The notes: generated by a model from the sequence alone, not told the origin. Positions 1 through 9,834 are shown, counted from the first letter of the stretch. The stretch is 40,769 nt of DNA from Granulicella sp. (GCA_027339965.1 DAHWNL010000007.1:1-40769), one strand, 5' to 3'. Numbers and translations are program-made.

Positions 1-68
1 ACAAAGACCTGTGGGCGCTTGAAGCAATCCTCAACCCCACTGCGACCGCCAGCAGCAAGGTCGCGTAG
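1..68 (+). CDS. IS256-family transposase, C-terminal fragment (partial)
   Basis: Manual translation KDLWALEAILNPTATASSKVA*; not in the ORF track. Confidence 0.65.
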   Translation, partial: KDLWALEAILNPTATASSKVA

Positions 69-119
69 TACCATCAACCTAACCGCCGCTCAACTTTCAA
101 CTGGCGGCGGGACATGCTC
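1..119 (+). mobile_element. 3' end (right end) of an IS256-family insertion sequence, truncated by the window edge
   Basis: Frame 3 reads KDLWALEAILNPTATASSKVA* (TAG at 66-68), matching the GYxDLWALxAIL C-terminus of IS256-family transposases. It is followed by ...CAACTTTCAACTGGCGGCGGGACATGCTC, which resembles IS256 terminal repeats (reverse complement starts GAG). LysR homology on the opposite strand stops at this junction. Confidence 0.7.
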
Positions 120-642
120 AGCCCCACTGAGCGAGCAGAGAATCCCATCATTCTGCTAGTGAACACTTCCTCGCGGACGAAAATAGGCGAATCTGGCAGC
201 TCTAACCCAATGCAAATGTCGAGACTGCCCTCTTCGAGACCGCGAACAAGTTGCTTTGGCTCGGCCCGCGTGACGCTCACATGTATCTCGGGATGTTGTT
301 TGTGAAACGCAAGCAGATTCGATGGCACGAGTTGCATCGAAGCTGTGATGCTGATGCCCAGCCGCAGCGAATTGCCAACCTTTCCCCTCAATCCCAGCAT
401 TTCGGCATTCGCCGACTCGAACAAGCAATCGATTTTTTCGCATAAGGCAGAAACGATTGACCTGCCTCGGATAATGTAAGCCCTCTTGCTGAGCGGTGAA
501 AAAGCACAGTCCCCAGCTCATCTTCCACGTGCCGAAGCTGCTGCGTTAGTCGCGGCTGAGAAGTTCCAAGAAGCGCCGCTGCAGATGACAACGATCCGGT
601 TTGTAGAAGGGTGTGCAACATTTTTAGGTGGCGGATTTCCAT
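120..642 (-). pseudogene. LysR-family transcriptional regulator, frameshifted and truncated
   Basis: ATG at 642 with GGAG upstream. MEIRHLKMLHTLLQTGSLSSAAALLGTSQPRLTQQLRHVEDELGTVLFHRSARGLTLSEAG is a LysR HTH. The substrate-binding domain (LRLGISITASMQLVPSNLLAFHKQHPEIHVSV) continues in another frame; the break is at an A6 run (T 433-438). Homology ends at the IS256 end near 119. Confidence 0.85.
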
Positions 643-767
643 GTCAATGCTCCATAACGTTTTCCTATATGGATATACCCTATCTCTTCTCATTTCGCCT
701 CACGATGCGAGGTGTTCATTCAAGCATCCGCTTCCGCGCCCTCTGTTGGGGCCGTGATTTCCTATCG

Positions 768-883
768 GCGGGTGGCCCGCATCTCGCCCTTCTCGGTGCA
801 TTCTCTGAGCCTCCGGCTCTCAATCTACTCTCTCCACCCTGGATATCTGGGTGCCCCACAAAAACGAGATGCGGGGCACCCGC
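768..883. repeat. REP/BIME-like cluster of GGGTGCCCCRCATCTCG units in inverted arrangement
   Basis: 768-786 (GCGGGTGGCCCGCATCTCG) and 865-883 (CGAGATGCGGGGCACCCGC) are inverted repeats matching at 18/19. A third partial copy, GGGTGCCCCAC at 849-859, pairs with 871-881. Confidence 0.65.
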
Positions 884-961
884 TGTTGTCGGCGCGCTCG
901 CTGCAGACCGCTGCCTGAGACGGATCGGGCGCACAGGCTTGGAAGTGTGGATCGGAATGGT

Positions 962-1339
962 TCAACTCGCCCTGCGCGACACCGTGAGCGGGAGATCGAG
1001 TTCCACCCGGTCATGCGTGACCTTTGGCGTGATCCGCCCGCGCTCGCCGCGTTCCAGGCGGACGAGGCCGTAGCCCGCCATCGTTCGCAGGGTGCGCGAG
1101 AGGTTGGATTTCGCTTTGCCGGTGATGCGCGCCAGTTCGTCGAGCGAACCGGGAGCCTGCTCCGCGATCACTCGCAACAGGTCGCGGTTGCCAGCCGAGA
1201 GCACCTTGGCGAAGGACTCCGTCGAGGTGAACCACACCTTCGGCTCGTTGGGCGCGATGCGATGCTCACCGCGTACCACGGCCATGGTGCGGGCCTTCAT
1301 GTCCTCATAGCTGGCAATGCCCACTTTCAGGGTCGTCAT
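962..1339 (-). CDS. HTH DNA-binding protein (HVO_A0114/MarR-like), putative antitoxin
   Basis: 125 aa; C-terminal winged HTH (SLDELARITGKAKSNLSRTLRTMAGYGLVRL); ATGA 4-nt overlap with the upstream gene. Confidence 0.85.
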   Translation of the reverse strand: MTTLKVGIASYEDMKARTMAVVRGEHRIAPNEPKVWFTSTESFAKVLSAGNRDLLRVIAEQAPGSLDELARITGKAKSNLSRTLRTMAGYGLVRLERGERGRITPKVTHDRVELDLPLTVSRRAS

Positions 1340-1692
1340 GGGATCAATCCTCTCTCACGCAACACCACGTCCACGGTGGTCCAGAAATCGTTGAGCAGTG
1401 TCGCCGCGTCGCGGTAATCGTAAGCCTTGATCGTCCGCAGCCGGTGGCGATGGTCCTGCGGCTCGCCGCGCTTCTGCCGCGCCACCGGATGGGCATTGTC
1501 GAAGCCGGCCAGCCGCTCGCCATCCGGACCGTGCAGCGTCAACGAATAATCCAGCCCGTGCGGCTTCTCCGGCGAGACAGGCACCCGGGTTACTACGAAC
1601 CGGACCCAGTGGCCGCCCTCAGGGTCCACGACCAGAACCTGGCCGTCGAGATCGAGCAGCGCATCGAGGACGGGGTCGCGTGGTTCCGTCAC
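1336..1692 (-). CDS. DUF6516-family protein, putative toxin of a type II TA pair
   Basis: 118 aa, GTG start. The pattern PHGLDYSLTL...GFDNAH...DHRH...LLNDFW is typical of DUF6516 proteins. Translationally coupled to the HTH gene. Confidence 0.75.
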   Translation of the reverse strand: MTEPRDPVLDALLDLDGQVLVVDPEGGHWVRFVVTRVPVSPEKPHGLDYSLTLHGPDGERLAGFDNAHPVARQKRGEPQDHRHRLRTIKAYDYRDAATLLNDFWTTVDVVLRERGLIP

Positions 1693-1828
1693 GGTATATA
1701 GTTATCAGAGTGAAGCAACCAAAGCAAGGCGGGGTACTCGGCCTGCCCCCTCCACCGAACCTGCCGCTTTTGAGTTTGTGGCCACGACAAGGCGGCTATC
1801 TCGTCGTCCAATTATCGAAGTGTCATGG

Positions 1829-2866
1829 CTAGTCACGCAGGGAGAGGACGATCTTGCCGAAGTGCGAGCCAGACTTCATCCAGGCGAGGGCCTCCTGCGC
1901 CTGGCTGAGAGGGAAGGTGCGTTCGATGACGGGATGGATGTGGTTGGTCTCAAAGGCAGTGATGAGGCGAGCGTACATGGCGCGGCTGCCGACGTAGACT
2001 CCTTCGGCGTGGATGGCCTTGGCGAGCAAAGGTGTGGGGTCAATGGATGCGCCTTTGCCGGAGAGAACACCGATGACGTAGACGTGGCCGCCCGGGGTGA
2101 CGGCCTTGAAGGAGAGCGGGAGGGTGCCTGCGCCGCCCACCTCGCCGGCACCGCCGACTTCGACGATGTGGTCTACGCCACGGTTGCCAGTGAGATGCAT
2201 CACCTGGCGATCCCACTCCGGGAAGGTGCGGTAGTTGATGGTCTCGTCGGCGCCCAACTGGCGGGCGCGGGCGAGCTTCTCATCCGAAGAGCTGGTGATG
2301 ATGACGCGGGCTCCGTGGGCCTTGGCGATGAGCAGAGCAAAGATGGAGACGCCGCCGGTGCCCTGCAGAAGGACGGTCTGGCCGGCGTGGAGGCGTCCCT
2401 TTTCGACCAGGGCGTTCCAGGCGGTGAGGGCGGAGCAGGAAAGGGTGGCAGCCTCGCTGTGGGTGTAGCCCTCGGGAGCGTGGATCAGGCCGGTCTCTGG
2501 AAAGACATGCGCGGTGGAGAAGACGCCGTCGATGGAGCCACCGAGGGCAGACTTGCCGGTGGTGGGCTGGATGGGTCCATCGAGCCAGTCCTGAAAGAAG
2601 AGGCTGGTGACGTGGTCGCCGACCTGGAAGCGTGTGACCTGCGAGCCGATGGCGGTGACGATGCCGGAGGCATCCGAGCCGGGGATGCGGGGCAGGGCCA
2701 TCTTCGGGTTGTAGGTTCCAAGGACGGTCATGAGGTCGCGGTAGTTGAGGCTGGCCGCGTGGAGTTCGACGAGGACGTCTCTGGGGCCGAGCTCCGGCAG
2801 GGTGACGGTCTCCAGTTTGAGGTTATCGATGCCGAAGGTATGGATGCGGAGGGCGGTAGCGGTCAT
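1829..2866 (-). CDS. MDR-superfamily NAD(P)-dependent oxidoreductase (zinc-binding-alcohol-dehydrogenase-like)
   Basis: 345 aa; AASLNYRD, IPGSDASG, QGTGGVS nucleotide-binding loop, C-terminal HFGKIV; AAGGA SD. Confidence 0.9.
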   Translation of the reverse strand: MTATALRIHTFGIDNLKLETVTLPELGPRDVLVELHAASLNYRDLMTVLGTYNPKMALPRIPGSDASGIVTAIGSQVTRFQVGDHVTSLFFQDWLDGPIQPTTGKSALGGSIDGVFSTAHVFPETGLIHAPEGYTHSEAATLSCSALTAWNALVEKGRLHAGQTVLLQGTGGVSIFALLIAKAHGARVIITSSSDEKLARARQLGADETINYRTFPEWDRQVMHLTGNRGVDHIVEVGGAGEVGGAGTLPLSFKAVTPGGHVYVIGVLSGKGASIDPTPLLAKAIHAEGVYVGSRAMYARLITAFETNHIHPVIERTFPLSQAQEALAWMKSGSHFGKIVLSLRD

Positions 2867-2987
2867 GGAGGTTCCTTCTCCTGTGAGAGGTTGGATGCGC
2901 GGAAAGGAAGAGAGTCGCGGCAGGGTGCGCGGGTTGAGCGAAGATCGACCGATGGAGCGGGAGGCGAGAGTGCAGGAGAAAGAGAGA

Positions 2988-3018
2988 CGCCCCGGATCTG
3001 GAGGCCAGAGCCGGGGCG
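2988..3018 (-). terminator. Rho-independent terminator after ilvC
   Basis: CGCCCCGG-x-TCTGG / CCAGA-x-CCGGGGCG stem, followed on the minus strand by TCTCTCTTTCT. Confidence 0.7.
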
Positions 3019-3045
3019 CGGGTGAGGTTGCAGGGGTGGTGGGGA

Positions 3046-4071
3046 TCAGGCCTTGACGACGGCTCCGTTGACCACCTTGACGGGATCCAGGAAGGGCATG
3101 CCGGCGCGCAGCTCAGCGCCGACCTTTTCGATGGGATGCTGACGCTCCAAGGCGCGGAAGGCCTCGAACTGCTTGCGGCCGTTGTTCTGATCCTCGATGA
3201 AGCGCTTGGCGAAGGCGCCGGACTGGATGTCGGCCAGCAAGCCCTTCATGGCTTGTTTGACGGCGGGTGTCACGATGCGCGGACCGGCGATGTAGTCGCC
3301 CCACTCGGCGGTGTCCGAGATGGAGTAGCGCATGTACTCGAGGCCGCCGCGGTACATCAGGTCCACGATGAGCTTGAGTTCATGGAGCACCTCGAAGTAG
3401 GCCAGCTCGGGCTGGTAGCCGGCCTCTGTGAGCACCTCAAAGCCGGCCTTGACCAGGGCAGCCGTGCCTCCGCAGAGGACGGCCTGTTCGCCGAAGAGGT
3501 CGGTCTCTGTCTCTTCGGTGAAGGTGGTCTGGAGGACGCCGGCGCGGGTGCAGCCGATGCCCTTGGCATAGGAGAGCGCCAGGGCCAGGGCGGCTCCGCT
3601 GGCGTCTTGCTCAACGGCGACCAGCGCGGGGACGCCGCCACCTTCGGCGAAGATCTCACGAACCCGGTGACCGGGAGCCTTGGGCGCCACCAGCGATACA
3701 TCGGCGGTGGGCGGCGGGGTGATGGTGCGGAAGCGGATGTTGAAGCCGTGGGCAAACATCAGGGTGACGTTGGGCTTCATGTTGGGCGTGATCTCGTCGT
3801 GATAGACCTTGGCCGCAGTTTGGTCAGGAACCAGGTTCATGATAACGTCAGCCCATTTGGAGACTTCGGCGACGGACTGGACCATCAGCCCGGCCAGTTC
3901 GGCCTTACGGACGTTGGGAGAGCCAGGGCGGAGCCCTACGCGGACTTCGACGCCGGAGTCCTTGAGGTTGAGGGCGTGGGCGTGACCCTGGGAGCCGTAG
4001 CCGATGATGGCTACCTTCTTTGCCTGGATGAGGGAGAGATCTGCGTCTGCGTCGTGGTACGTCTTTGCCAT
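3046..4071 (-). CDS. ilvC: Ketol-acid reductoisomerase (class I)
   Basis: [51 protein letters not shown]. Start moved to MAKTY (4071), which has a GAAGGA SD. Confidence 0.97.
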   Translation of the reverse strand: MAKTYHDADADLSLIQAKKVAIIGYGSQGHAHALNLKDSGVEVRVGLRPGSPNVRKAELAGLMVQSVAEVSKWADVIMNLVPDQTAAKVYHDEITPNMKPNVTLMFAHGFNIRFRTITPPPTADVSLVAPKAPGHRVREIFAEGGGVPALVAVEQDASGAALALALSYAKGIGCTRAGVLQTTFTEETETDLFGEQAVLCGGTAALVKAGFEVLTEAGYQPELAYFEVLHELKLIVDLMYRGGLEYMRYSISDTAEWGDYIAGPRIVTPAVKQAMKGLLADIQSGAFAKRFIEDQNNGRKQFEAFRALERQHPIEKVGAELRAGMPFLDPVKVVNGAVVKA

Positions 4072-4167
4072 GTGGGGTCTTCTTTCCTTCGAGTTGTGCC
4101 GAGTCGTGCGCTTTGCGGTTAGTGTAGCGAATTGGTGGTTTCGATGTTGCAAGGTGAGATTAGGAGG

Positions 4168-4788
4168 TTACTCCTCAAAGGCTCCAGGAAGTATCTCATC
4201 GCTGGGCAGGGCATCCGGGTCGTGCGTGGGGAGCTCTGGCAGATCAAGGCTTTGCCGGGTGCCGAGGGCCTCAAGAACGCGGCTGGTATGGTGGCCTCGC
4301 CGCATGGCCATCCGTCCGGTGCGGGAAACTTCCAGAATGGTGTAGCCGGACTCGCGAAGGACCTGGAGCAGACCTTCGATCTTGCTGGCCGATCCGGTCA
4401 TCTCCAGCATGATGGACTCCGGCGCCAGATCGACGACGCGGGCGCGGAAGACCTGCGAGAGCTCGAAGATCTGGGAGCGGGAGTGAAGGCCGTGAGGATG
4501 GCTGGGGCCGGCCGCAACCTTGATCAGGCACAGCTCTCGGACCACAGCATCCGTGCGGTTGACCTCATCGACGCTCATGGTGGTTTCCAGCTTGTAGAGT
4601 GAGGCGCGGATGCGATCCGCCGCATTCTCGTGGGCGTCGCAGACGATGGTCATGCGCGAGGTCTCCGCGCGTTCACTCTCGCCCACGGTCAGCGACACGA
4701 TGTTGATGTTGAGCCGGCGAAAGAGGCTGGCGACGCGGGTGAGGACGCCGGGTCTGTTTTGAACCAGAGCAATGAAGGTGTGCAGCAT
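4168..4788 (-). CDS. ilvN: Acetolactate synthase small (regulatory) subunit
   Basis: ACT domain QNRPGVLTRVASLFRRLNINIVSLTVG; RELCLIKV; EVSRTG. Start at MLHTF with GAGG SD. Confidence 0.95.
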   Translation of the reverse strand: MLHTFIALVQNRPGVLTRVASLFRRLNINIVSLTVGESERAETSRMTIVCDAHENAADRIRASLYKLETTMSVDEVNRTDAVVRELCLIKVAAGPSHPHGLHSRSQIFELSQVFRARVVDLAPESIMLEMTGSASKIEGLLQVLRESGYTILEVSRTGRMAMRRGHHTSRVLEALGTRQSLDLPELPTHDPDALPSDEILPGAFEE

Positions 4789-4886
4789 AAAGAACCTCAA
4801 AAGAACAGCGTGAAGAGGGTAGTTGACGGAAGGTTTAGGAAAGCCAAGGTGGGTGCGGGCCAGAGCTTTGCGCGCCGGCCGCTTCT

Positions 4887-6662
4887 TTATGGCTCCTCCG
4901 GTAGCTCGATCAGGGGGTCCTGCTGCGGGCGGCGAAGCATCTCATGGAGAGCGCTTCCGGGAGTGATCATCGGGTAGACTCCGTCCTCCTTTTCCACCTG
5001 GAATTCGATGAGGAAAGGCTTGCCGCTGGTGCGGGCGAGCCTGGCGTTGGGGATGTCGTCGGCGCGTTGTTTGACGGTGGCTCCAGCGATGCCGTGAGCC
5101 GCGGCCAGCAGAACGAAGTTGGGCGAAAGGATCGGGCTGGAGGCGTAGTTCTTTTCGTAGATGGTCTCCTGCCACTGCCGGACCATGCCCAGAAATCCGT
5201 TGTTGATCACGGCGATGTTGATGGCCAACCTTTCCTGCACGATGGTGGAGAGTTCGGCAGCGGTCATTTGGAAACCGCCATCGCCGGCGATCACCCAGAC
5301 GTCTTTTTCAGGGCAGGCCACCTTGGCGCCGATGGCTGCGGGAAGCGCGAAGCCCATGGTTCCAAGGCCGCCGGAGGTGATCAGGGAGCGAGGGGCGTGG
5401 TGCTTGAAGTACTGCGCTTCCCACATCTGGTGCTGGCCTACGTCGGTGACGATGATGGTCTGCTCCAGGCGGCCGGCAGCGGCGGCCTCATGCCAGATGT
5501 CGTTGATGACATGCGCGGCGTAGAGATGGCCGTTGTCGGGCAGGTTGATGATGTCTCGCACCGAGGCGTTGCCTTTGCTGGCCCTGATCTGCTTGAGCCA
5601 TTCGGAGCTATGCGATTCGAGTGGCCGGGGGTGAGCCCCAAGCAGAGGCATCAGCAGGCTGAGCACCTCTTTCAGGTCGCCGATGAGGGCAACATCCACG
5701 CGAACGTTCTTGTTGATCTCCGAAGGGTCGATCTCCACGTGAATCTTCTTCGAGTTGGGGGAGTACTTGGTGAGGTTGCCGGTGACCCGATCATCGAAGC
5801 GCATGCCGAAGGCCAGCAGAAGGTCGGCCTGCTGGATTGCGTTGTTGACCCAGGACTCACCGTGCATGCCCATCATGCCCAGCGAGAGGGGATGCTCGGC
5901 GGAGATGGCATCGAGGCCGAGCAGCGTGCTGGCGATGGGAATCTGGTGCGCCTCGGCCAGGGCCAGCACCTGTCTTTCGGCGCCCGACTCGACGACGCCA
6001 TGGCCGGCCAGGATGATCGGCCTTTTGGCCTGCCGGATGAGTGTCACCGCCTCCTGCATGGAAGAGGACTCGGCGCGGAGCATGGGGTGCGGCCGATAGG
6101 GACGGGGCTTGGCGGCTTCAAAGTCGAAGGCTGCCACAGCTTGTTGCGCATCCTTGGTGATATCCACCAGAACCGGGCCGGGGCGGCCGGAGCGCGCGAT
6201 CTGAAAGGCCTCGCGGAGGACGGCGGCGATCTCTTCGGCGCGCGTGACCAGGAAGTTGTGCTTGGTGATGGGCAGGGTGATGCCGGTGATGTCGATCTCC
6301 TGAAAGGCGTCCGTTCCCAGAACCTTGGAGGAGACCTGGCCAGTGATGGCGACGATGGGAATGCTGTCCATCATGGCCGTGGCCAGGCCGGTGACCAGGT
6401 TGGTGGCTCCGGGGCCAGAGGTGGCCATGCAGACGCCAACGCGCCCTGTGGCGCGGGCGTAGCCGTCCGCCATGTGAGCTGCCGACTGCTCATGCCGGAC
6501 CAGGACGTGATGCAGATTCGGGAACTTGCGCAGAACGTCGTAGACAGGAAGGATGGCCCCGCCGGGATATCCGAAGACGGTAGTGACGCCTTCGCCAGCC
6601 AGGGTGGCCAAGAGGATCTCGGCGCCGGTCAAGGTAGGGTTGGGGGTGATGCTGTCAGCCAT
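4887..6662 (-). CDS. ilvB: Acetolactate synthase large subunit (biosynthetic)
   Basis: FGYPGGAILP, RHEQ, TSGPGATN, DVGQHQMW, GDGGFQM TPP-binding motif, LGMVRQWQ. Confidence 0.97.
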   Translation of the reverse strand: MADSITPNPTLTGAEILLATLAGEGVTTVFGYPGGAILPVYDVLRKFPNLHHVLVRHEQSAAHMADGYARATGRVGVCMATSGPGATNLVTGLATAMMDSIPIVAITGQVSSKVLGTDAFQEIDITGITLPITKHNFLVTRAEEIAAVLREAFQIARSGRPGPVLVDITKDAQQAVAAFDFEAAKPRPYRPHPMLRAESSSMQEAVTLIRQAKRPIILAGHGVVESGAERQVLALAEAHQIPIASTLLGLDAISAEHPLSLGMMGMHGESWVNNAIQQADLLLAFGMRFDDRVTGNLTKYSPNSKKIHVEIDPSEINKNVRVDVALIGDLKEVLSLLMPLLGAHPRPLESHSSEWLKQIRASKGNASVRDIINLPDNGHLYAAHVINDIWHEAAAAGRLEQTIIVTDVGQHQMWEAQYFKHHAPRSLITSGGLGTMGFALPAAIGAKVACPEKDVWVIAGDGGFQMTAAELSTIVQERLAINIAVINNGFLGMVRQWQETIYEKNYASSPILSPNFVLLAAAHGIAGATVKQRADDIPNARLARTSGKPFLIEFQVEKEDGVYPMITPGSALHEMLRRPQQDPLIELPEEP

Positions 6663-6743
6663 GGCGTTCTCTCCTGTCTCTCTATCGAGTTCATCCGAGC
6701 ATGCCGGATCGTTGCTGGCGCCCGTTGCGGATCGTCTTGCGGT

Positions 6744-7379
6744 TCAAGCGTTCAGCGGCTTCGGGTCGAGCCAAAATGCCTTCTGGCGCTGAGACTCGTA
6801 GGCGTTGAGTTTGTCCTCATGTAGCAGGGTCAGGCCGATGTCGTCCAGACCGTTCAGGAGGCAGTGCTTGCGGAAAGGGTCGATGGGGAAGTGGGCGAGG
6901 AAGCCTTGATCGTCGCTGACGGTCTGGGCCTCCAGGTTGACCGTGATCCGGTGTTTGGGGTTGGCGGTGCAGCGCTCGATGAGGGTTTGCACCTCAGCTT
7001 CGCTGAGAGCAGCCAGAATGATGCCGTTCTTGCCCGCGTTGGAGAAGAAGATATCCGCGAAGGACGGAGCGATCACGGCGCGGAAGCCGAACTGAGCGAT
7101 GGCCCAGGCGGCGTGCTCGCGGGAGGATCCGCAGCCGAAGTTGCGCTCGGCGAGCAGGATCTGCGCGCCGCTGTACTCCGGCTTGTTGAGCACGAAGCTC
7201 GGGTCGGGCTTGCCGGCGTCCGGCCCTTCCTGGATGCGGCGCCAGTCGTAGAAGAGGAAGTCTTCGTAGCCGGTGCGCTCGATGCGCTTGAGAAACTGCT
7301 TGGGGATGATCTGGTCGGTGTCAATGTTGGGCAGCGGCAGCGGCGCGGCCGTTGAGGTGAGGATGTTGATGGGTTGCAT
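6744..7379 (-). CDS. leuD: 3-isopropylmalate dehydratase small subunit
   Basis: NIDTDQIIPKQFLK, NFGCGSSREHAAWA, LLNGLDDIGLTL. Confidence 0.97.
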   Translation of the reverse strand: MQPINILTSTAAPLPLPNIDTDQIIPKQFLKRIERTGYEDFLFYDWRRIQEGPDAGKPDPSFVLNKPEYSGAQILLAERNFGCGSSREHAAWAIAQFGFRAVIAPSFADIFFSNAGKNGIILAALSEAEVQTLIERCTANPKHRITVNLEAQTVSDDQGFLAHFPIDPFRKHCLLNGLDDIGLTLLHEDKLNAYESQRQKAFWLDPKPLNA

Positions 7380-7472
7380 GTTCGCTCTCAGTTCTCTGTG
7401 GTTTCGATCTGTCGGTTCGATGGGGCTTGGTGGGGTGAAGGCCGGAATCCCGCGCAGGGTTTGGCTGGCTCT

Positions 7473-8912
7473 TCAGGATTTGAAGTTCCAACTCCGGACA
7501 TCCGTGAAGTGACCGGTAATGGCAGCGGCGGCAGCCATGGCGGGTGAGAGCAGGTGCGTGCGCCCTCCGCGGCCCTGGCGCCCTTCGAAGTTGCGGTTGG
7601 AGGTGGAGGCGCAGCGTTCTCCTGGAGACAGAATGTCGGGATTCATGCCCAGGCACATCGAGCAGCCTGGCTCGCGCCACTCGAAGCCAGCGGATTTGAA
7701 GATGCGGTCCAGACCCTCGGCTTCAGCCTGGCGCTTAACGGCCTGGGAGCCGGGGACGACCATGGCGCGGACGGTGCCGGCCACGTGGTAGCCGTTGACG
7801 ACCTTGGCCGCAGTGCGGAGATCTTCAATGCGGCCGTTGGTGCAGGAGCCCAGGAACACGGCATCTACCTTGATCTGCTGGATGGGCGTTCCGGGCTGGA
7901 TGCCCATGTACTCGTAGGCGCGGGCGAAGGACTTCTGGTCCGCTTCGCTGCGCGCCTGGTCGAGGGTGGGAACGGAGCCATCGATCGAGGTGACCATGCC
8001 GGGGGAGGTTCCCCAGGTCACGGAGGGAGCCAGCTTGGTGGCGTCGATGTGCAGCTCGCGGTCGTAGGCGGCGCCGGGATCGGTGGCCAGCGAGCGCCAG
8101 TGGGCCACGGCCTCATCCCAGGCTGCGCCCTTGGGGGCGTAGCGGCGGCCGTTGAGATAGGCAAAGGTGGTCTCATCGGGGGCGATCATGCCCGCGCGGG
8201 CGCCGGCCTCAATGCTCATGTTGCAGACGGTCATGCGGCCCTCCATGGAGAGAGCGCGGATGGCCGAGCCGGCGTACTCGATGACGTAGCCGGTAGCTCC
8301 GTCTGTGCCGATGCGGCCGATGATGTCCAGAATGATGTCCTTGGCCGTGACGCCTGCGGGAAGAGAGCCGTTCGGTCCGCCTTCCACCTGGATGAGGAAG
8401 GATTTGGGTTTGGATTGAGGCAGCGTCTGGGTGGCCATCACATGCTCGACCTCACTGGTGCCAATGCCGAAGGCCAGAGCGCCAAAGGCTCCATGGGTGC
8501 TGGTATGGCTGTCGCCGCAGACGATGGTCATGCCCGGCTTAGTGAGGCCCAGCTCGGGTCCGATCATATGCACGATGCCCTGATCCGCATCCTGCACATC
8601 GAAGAGTTCGATGCCGAAGTCGGCGCAGTTCTTACGCAGGGCGCTGACCTGCGCGCTGGCGATCTGGTCGGCGATCACCAGGCGGTCGGCGATGGAGGTG
8701 GTGGGGACGTTGTGGTCGACCGTGGCGACGTGGCGCTCGGGATGACGCAGCGCACGGCCACTGAGACGCAGCCCCTCGAAGGCCTGTGGGCTGGTGACCT
8801 CATGGACAAGCTGAAGATCGATGTACAGGATGGTGGGTTCGCCGGCGGGCTCGGTGACCACGTGCTGCTTCCAGACCTTCTCAAACATGGTGCGGGGAGT
8901 CGATGTGCTCAT
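7473..8912 (-). CDS. leuC: 3-isopropylmalate dehydratase large subunit
   Basis: [56 protein letters not shown]. Confidence 0.97.
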   Translation of the reverse strand: MSTSTPRTMFEKVWKQHVVTEPAGEPTILYIDLQLVHEVTSPQAFEGLRLSGRALRHPERHVATVDHNVPTTSIADRLVIADQIASAQVSALRKNCADFGIELFDVQDADQGIVHMIGPELGLTKPGMTIVCGDSHTSTHGAFGALAFGIGTSEVEHVMATQTLPQSKPKSFLIQVEGGPNGSLPAGVTAKDIILDIIGRIGTDGATGYVIEYAGSAIRALSMEGRMTVCNMSIEAGARAGMIAPDETTFAYLNGRRYAPKGAAWDEAVAHWRSLATDPGAAYDRELHIDATKLAPSVTWGTSPGMVTSIDGSVPTLDQARSEADQKSFARAYEYMGIQPGTPIQQIKVDAVFLGSCTNGRIEDLRTAAKVVNGYHVAGTVRAMVVPGSQAVKRQAEAEGLDRIFKSAGFEWREPGCSMCLGMNPDILSPGERCASTSNRNFEGRQGRGGRTHLLSPAMAAAAAITGHFTDVRSWNFKS

Positions 8913-8914
8913 AG

Positions 8915-9688
8915 TTAGTCGTTATCTGCCTGATGGGGTGTGCGGTTCGGTTGTGAGGTGGAGGTTTCGGGTTGGGGCGCGATCACGTTGGCGCCGATCC
9001 GGTCCGGGTTGAGAGGGAAGAGTTGGCCGTCCGGCTCCACCAGGAGCGCGTGCTGGATGTGAGGGACCAGGCGGTGGGAGGCGGCCAGATGGATGTTCCA
9101 GTGCGCGATGGCTTCTGTGAGCGCGAAGGGCAGGGCATCCGGCGAGATCTGATGAGAGGCGAAGAGCCACAGGTTGTAGTTGGCCTGGGACTGCTGCGTG
9201 GTGTGGGCGCTGGGGTCCCAGTTGACGGCTGCGAAGACCGAGAGCGGATGGGGCAGTCCGAGATCGATCCAGAGCAGGCCGGAGGCCGCGCAGAAGTTGG
9301 GAACGCAGCCATCTATGGCGATATAGCGGTTGTCCGCCGCTGTGACTCGGCCGTACTGCGTGAGGAAGAGCGGAATGACGGTTGCAAGGGGCTCCTGCGA
9401 GCCGGGCGGTCCCCACATGGATTGGGGCTGGTGAAAGGCGCTCTGCAGAAAGGCCTGGAAGCGGGCGTCGACGCGCAGGTTGGCAGCCTCGCCAAGAGGC
9501 GCTGGATGGGTGTATTCCCACAGCCACTGAAGGGCGCCGGAAGAGTTCTCGTCGGGGTGAATTCTCTGGTGCAGCGCTGGGTTGCGGGGCGGAGGCGCGA
9601 TCAACTTGTCCGAGCTGGTAATCTGCGCAAGCGTCCGGGTCGCCGGAAGAACCAGCAGAGCGAGGGCGGCATAGAAAGTTGAGCGCAT
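8915..9688 (-). CDS. Exported hypothetical protein with a CxPxxC motif (possibly Ivy-like fold)
   Basis: 257 aa; Sec-type signal [45 protein letters not shown]; stop lies 2 nt before the leuC ATG. Confidence 0.75.
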   Translation of the reverse strand: MRSTFYAALALLVLPATRTLAQITSSDKLIAPPPRNPALHQRIHPDENSSGALQWLWEYTHPAPLGEAANLRVDARFQAFLQSAFHQPQSMWGPPGSQEPLATVIPLFLTQYGRVTAADNRYIAIDGCVPNFCAASGLLWIDLGLPHPLSVFAAVNWDPSAHTTQQSQANYNLWLFASHQISPDALPFALTEAIAHWNIHLAASHRLVPHIQHALLVEPDGQLFPLNPDRIGANVIAPQPETSTSQPNRTPHQADND

Positions 9689-9790
9689 AAGAAGAGAGTC
9701 GAAGGGAGTCCCTGCCGGTTGGACTCTGCGGGGGATCTGGAACGGCCCTTAGAGCGGCAACCACGACGGCGGCAGGGAGACAGCATTGAA

Positions 9791-9820
9791 GGGACGCCGC
9801 TCCCGAAACAGTGGCGTCCC
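9791..9820 (-). terminator. Stem-loop downstream of leuB (weak terminator or mRNA stabiliser)
   Basis: GGGACGCC...GGCGTCCC stem with only a short TTC tail on the minus strand. Confidence 0.45.
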
Positions 9821-9834
9821 CTCCAGGGTACGGA

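Noticed and set aside
80..119. Initially read as an IS21-like end or a terminator hairpin (CCGCCG...CGGCGG)
   Set aside because: The upstream peptide and the CTC terminus fit IS256 better, and the tandem motifs typical of IS21 ends are absent.
425..445. Programmed -1 frameshift at GCG-AAA-AAA in the LysR gene
   Set aside because: The gene is also IS-truncated and no stimulatory structure is evident; mutation or sequencing error is simpler.
885..1790. Possible TGTCG-type transposon ends flanking the TA pair (TTGTCG near 886; CGACAA near 1785)
   Set aside because: Only 6 bp match, with no internal repeats and no target duplication.
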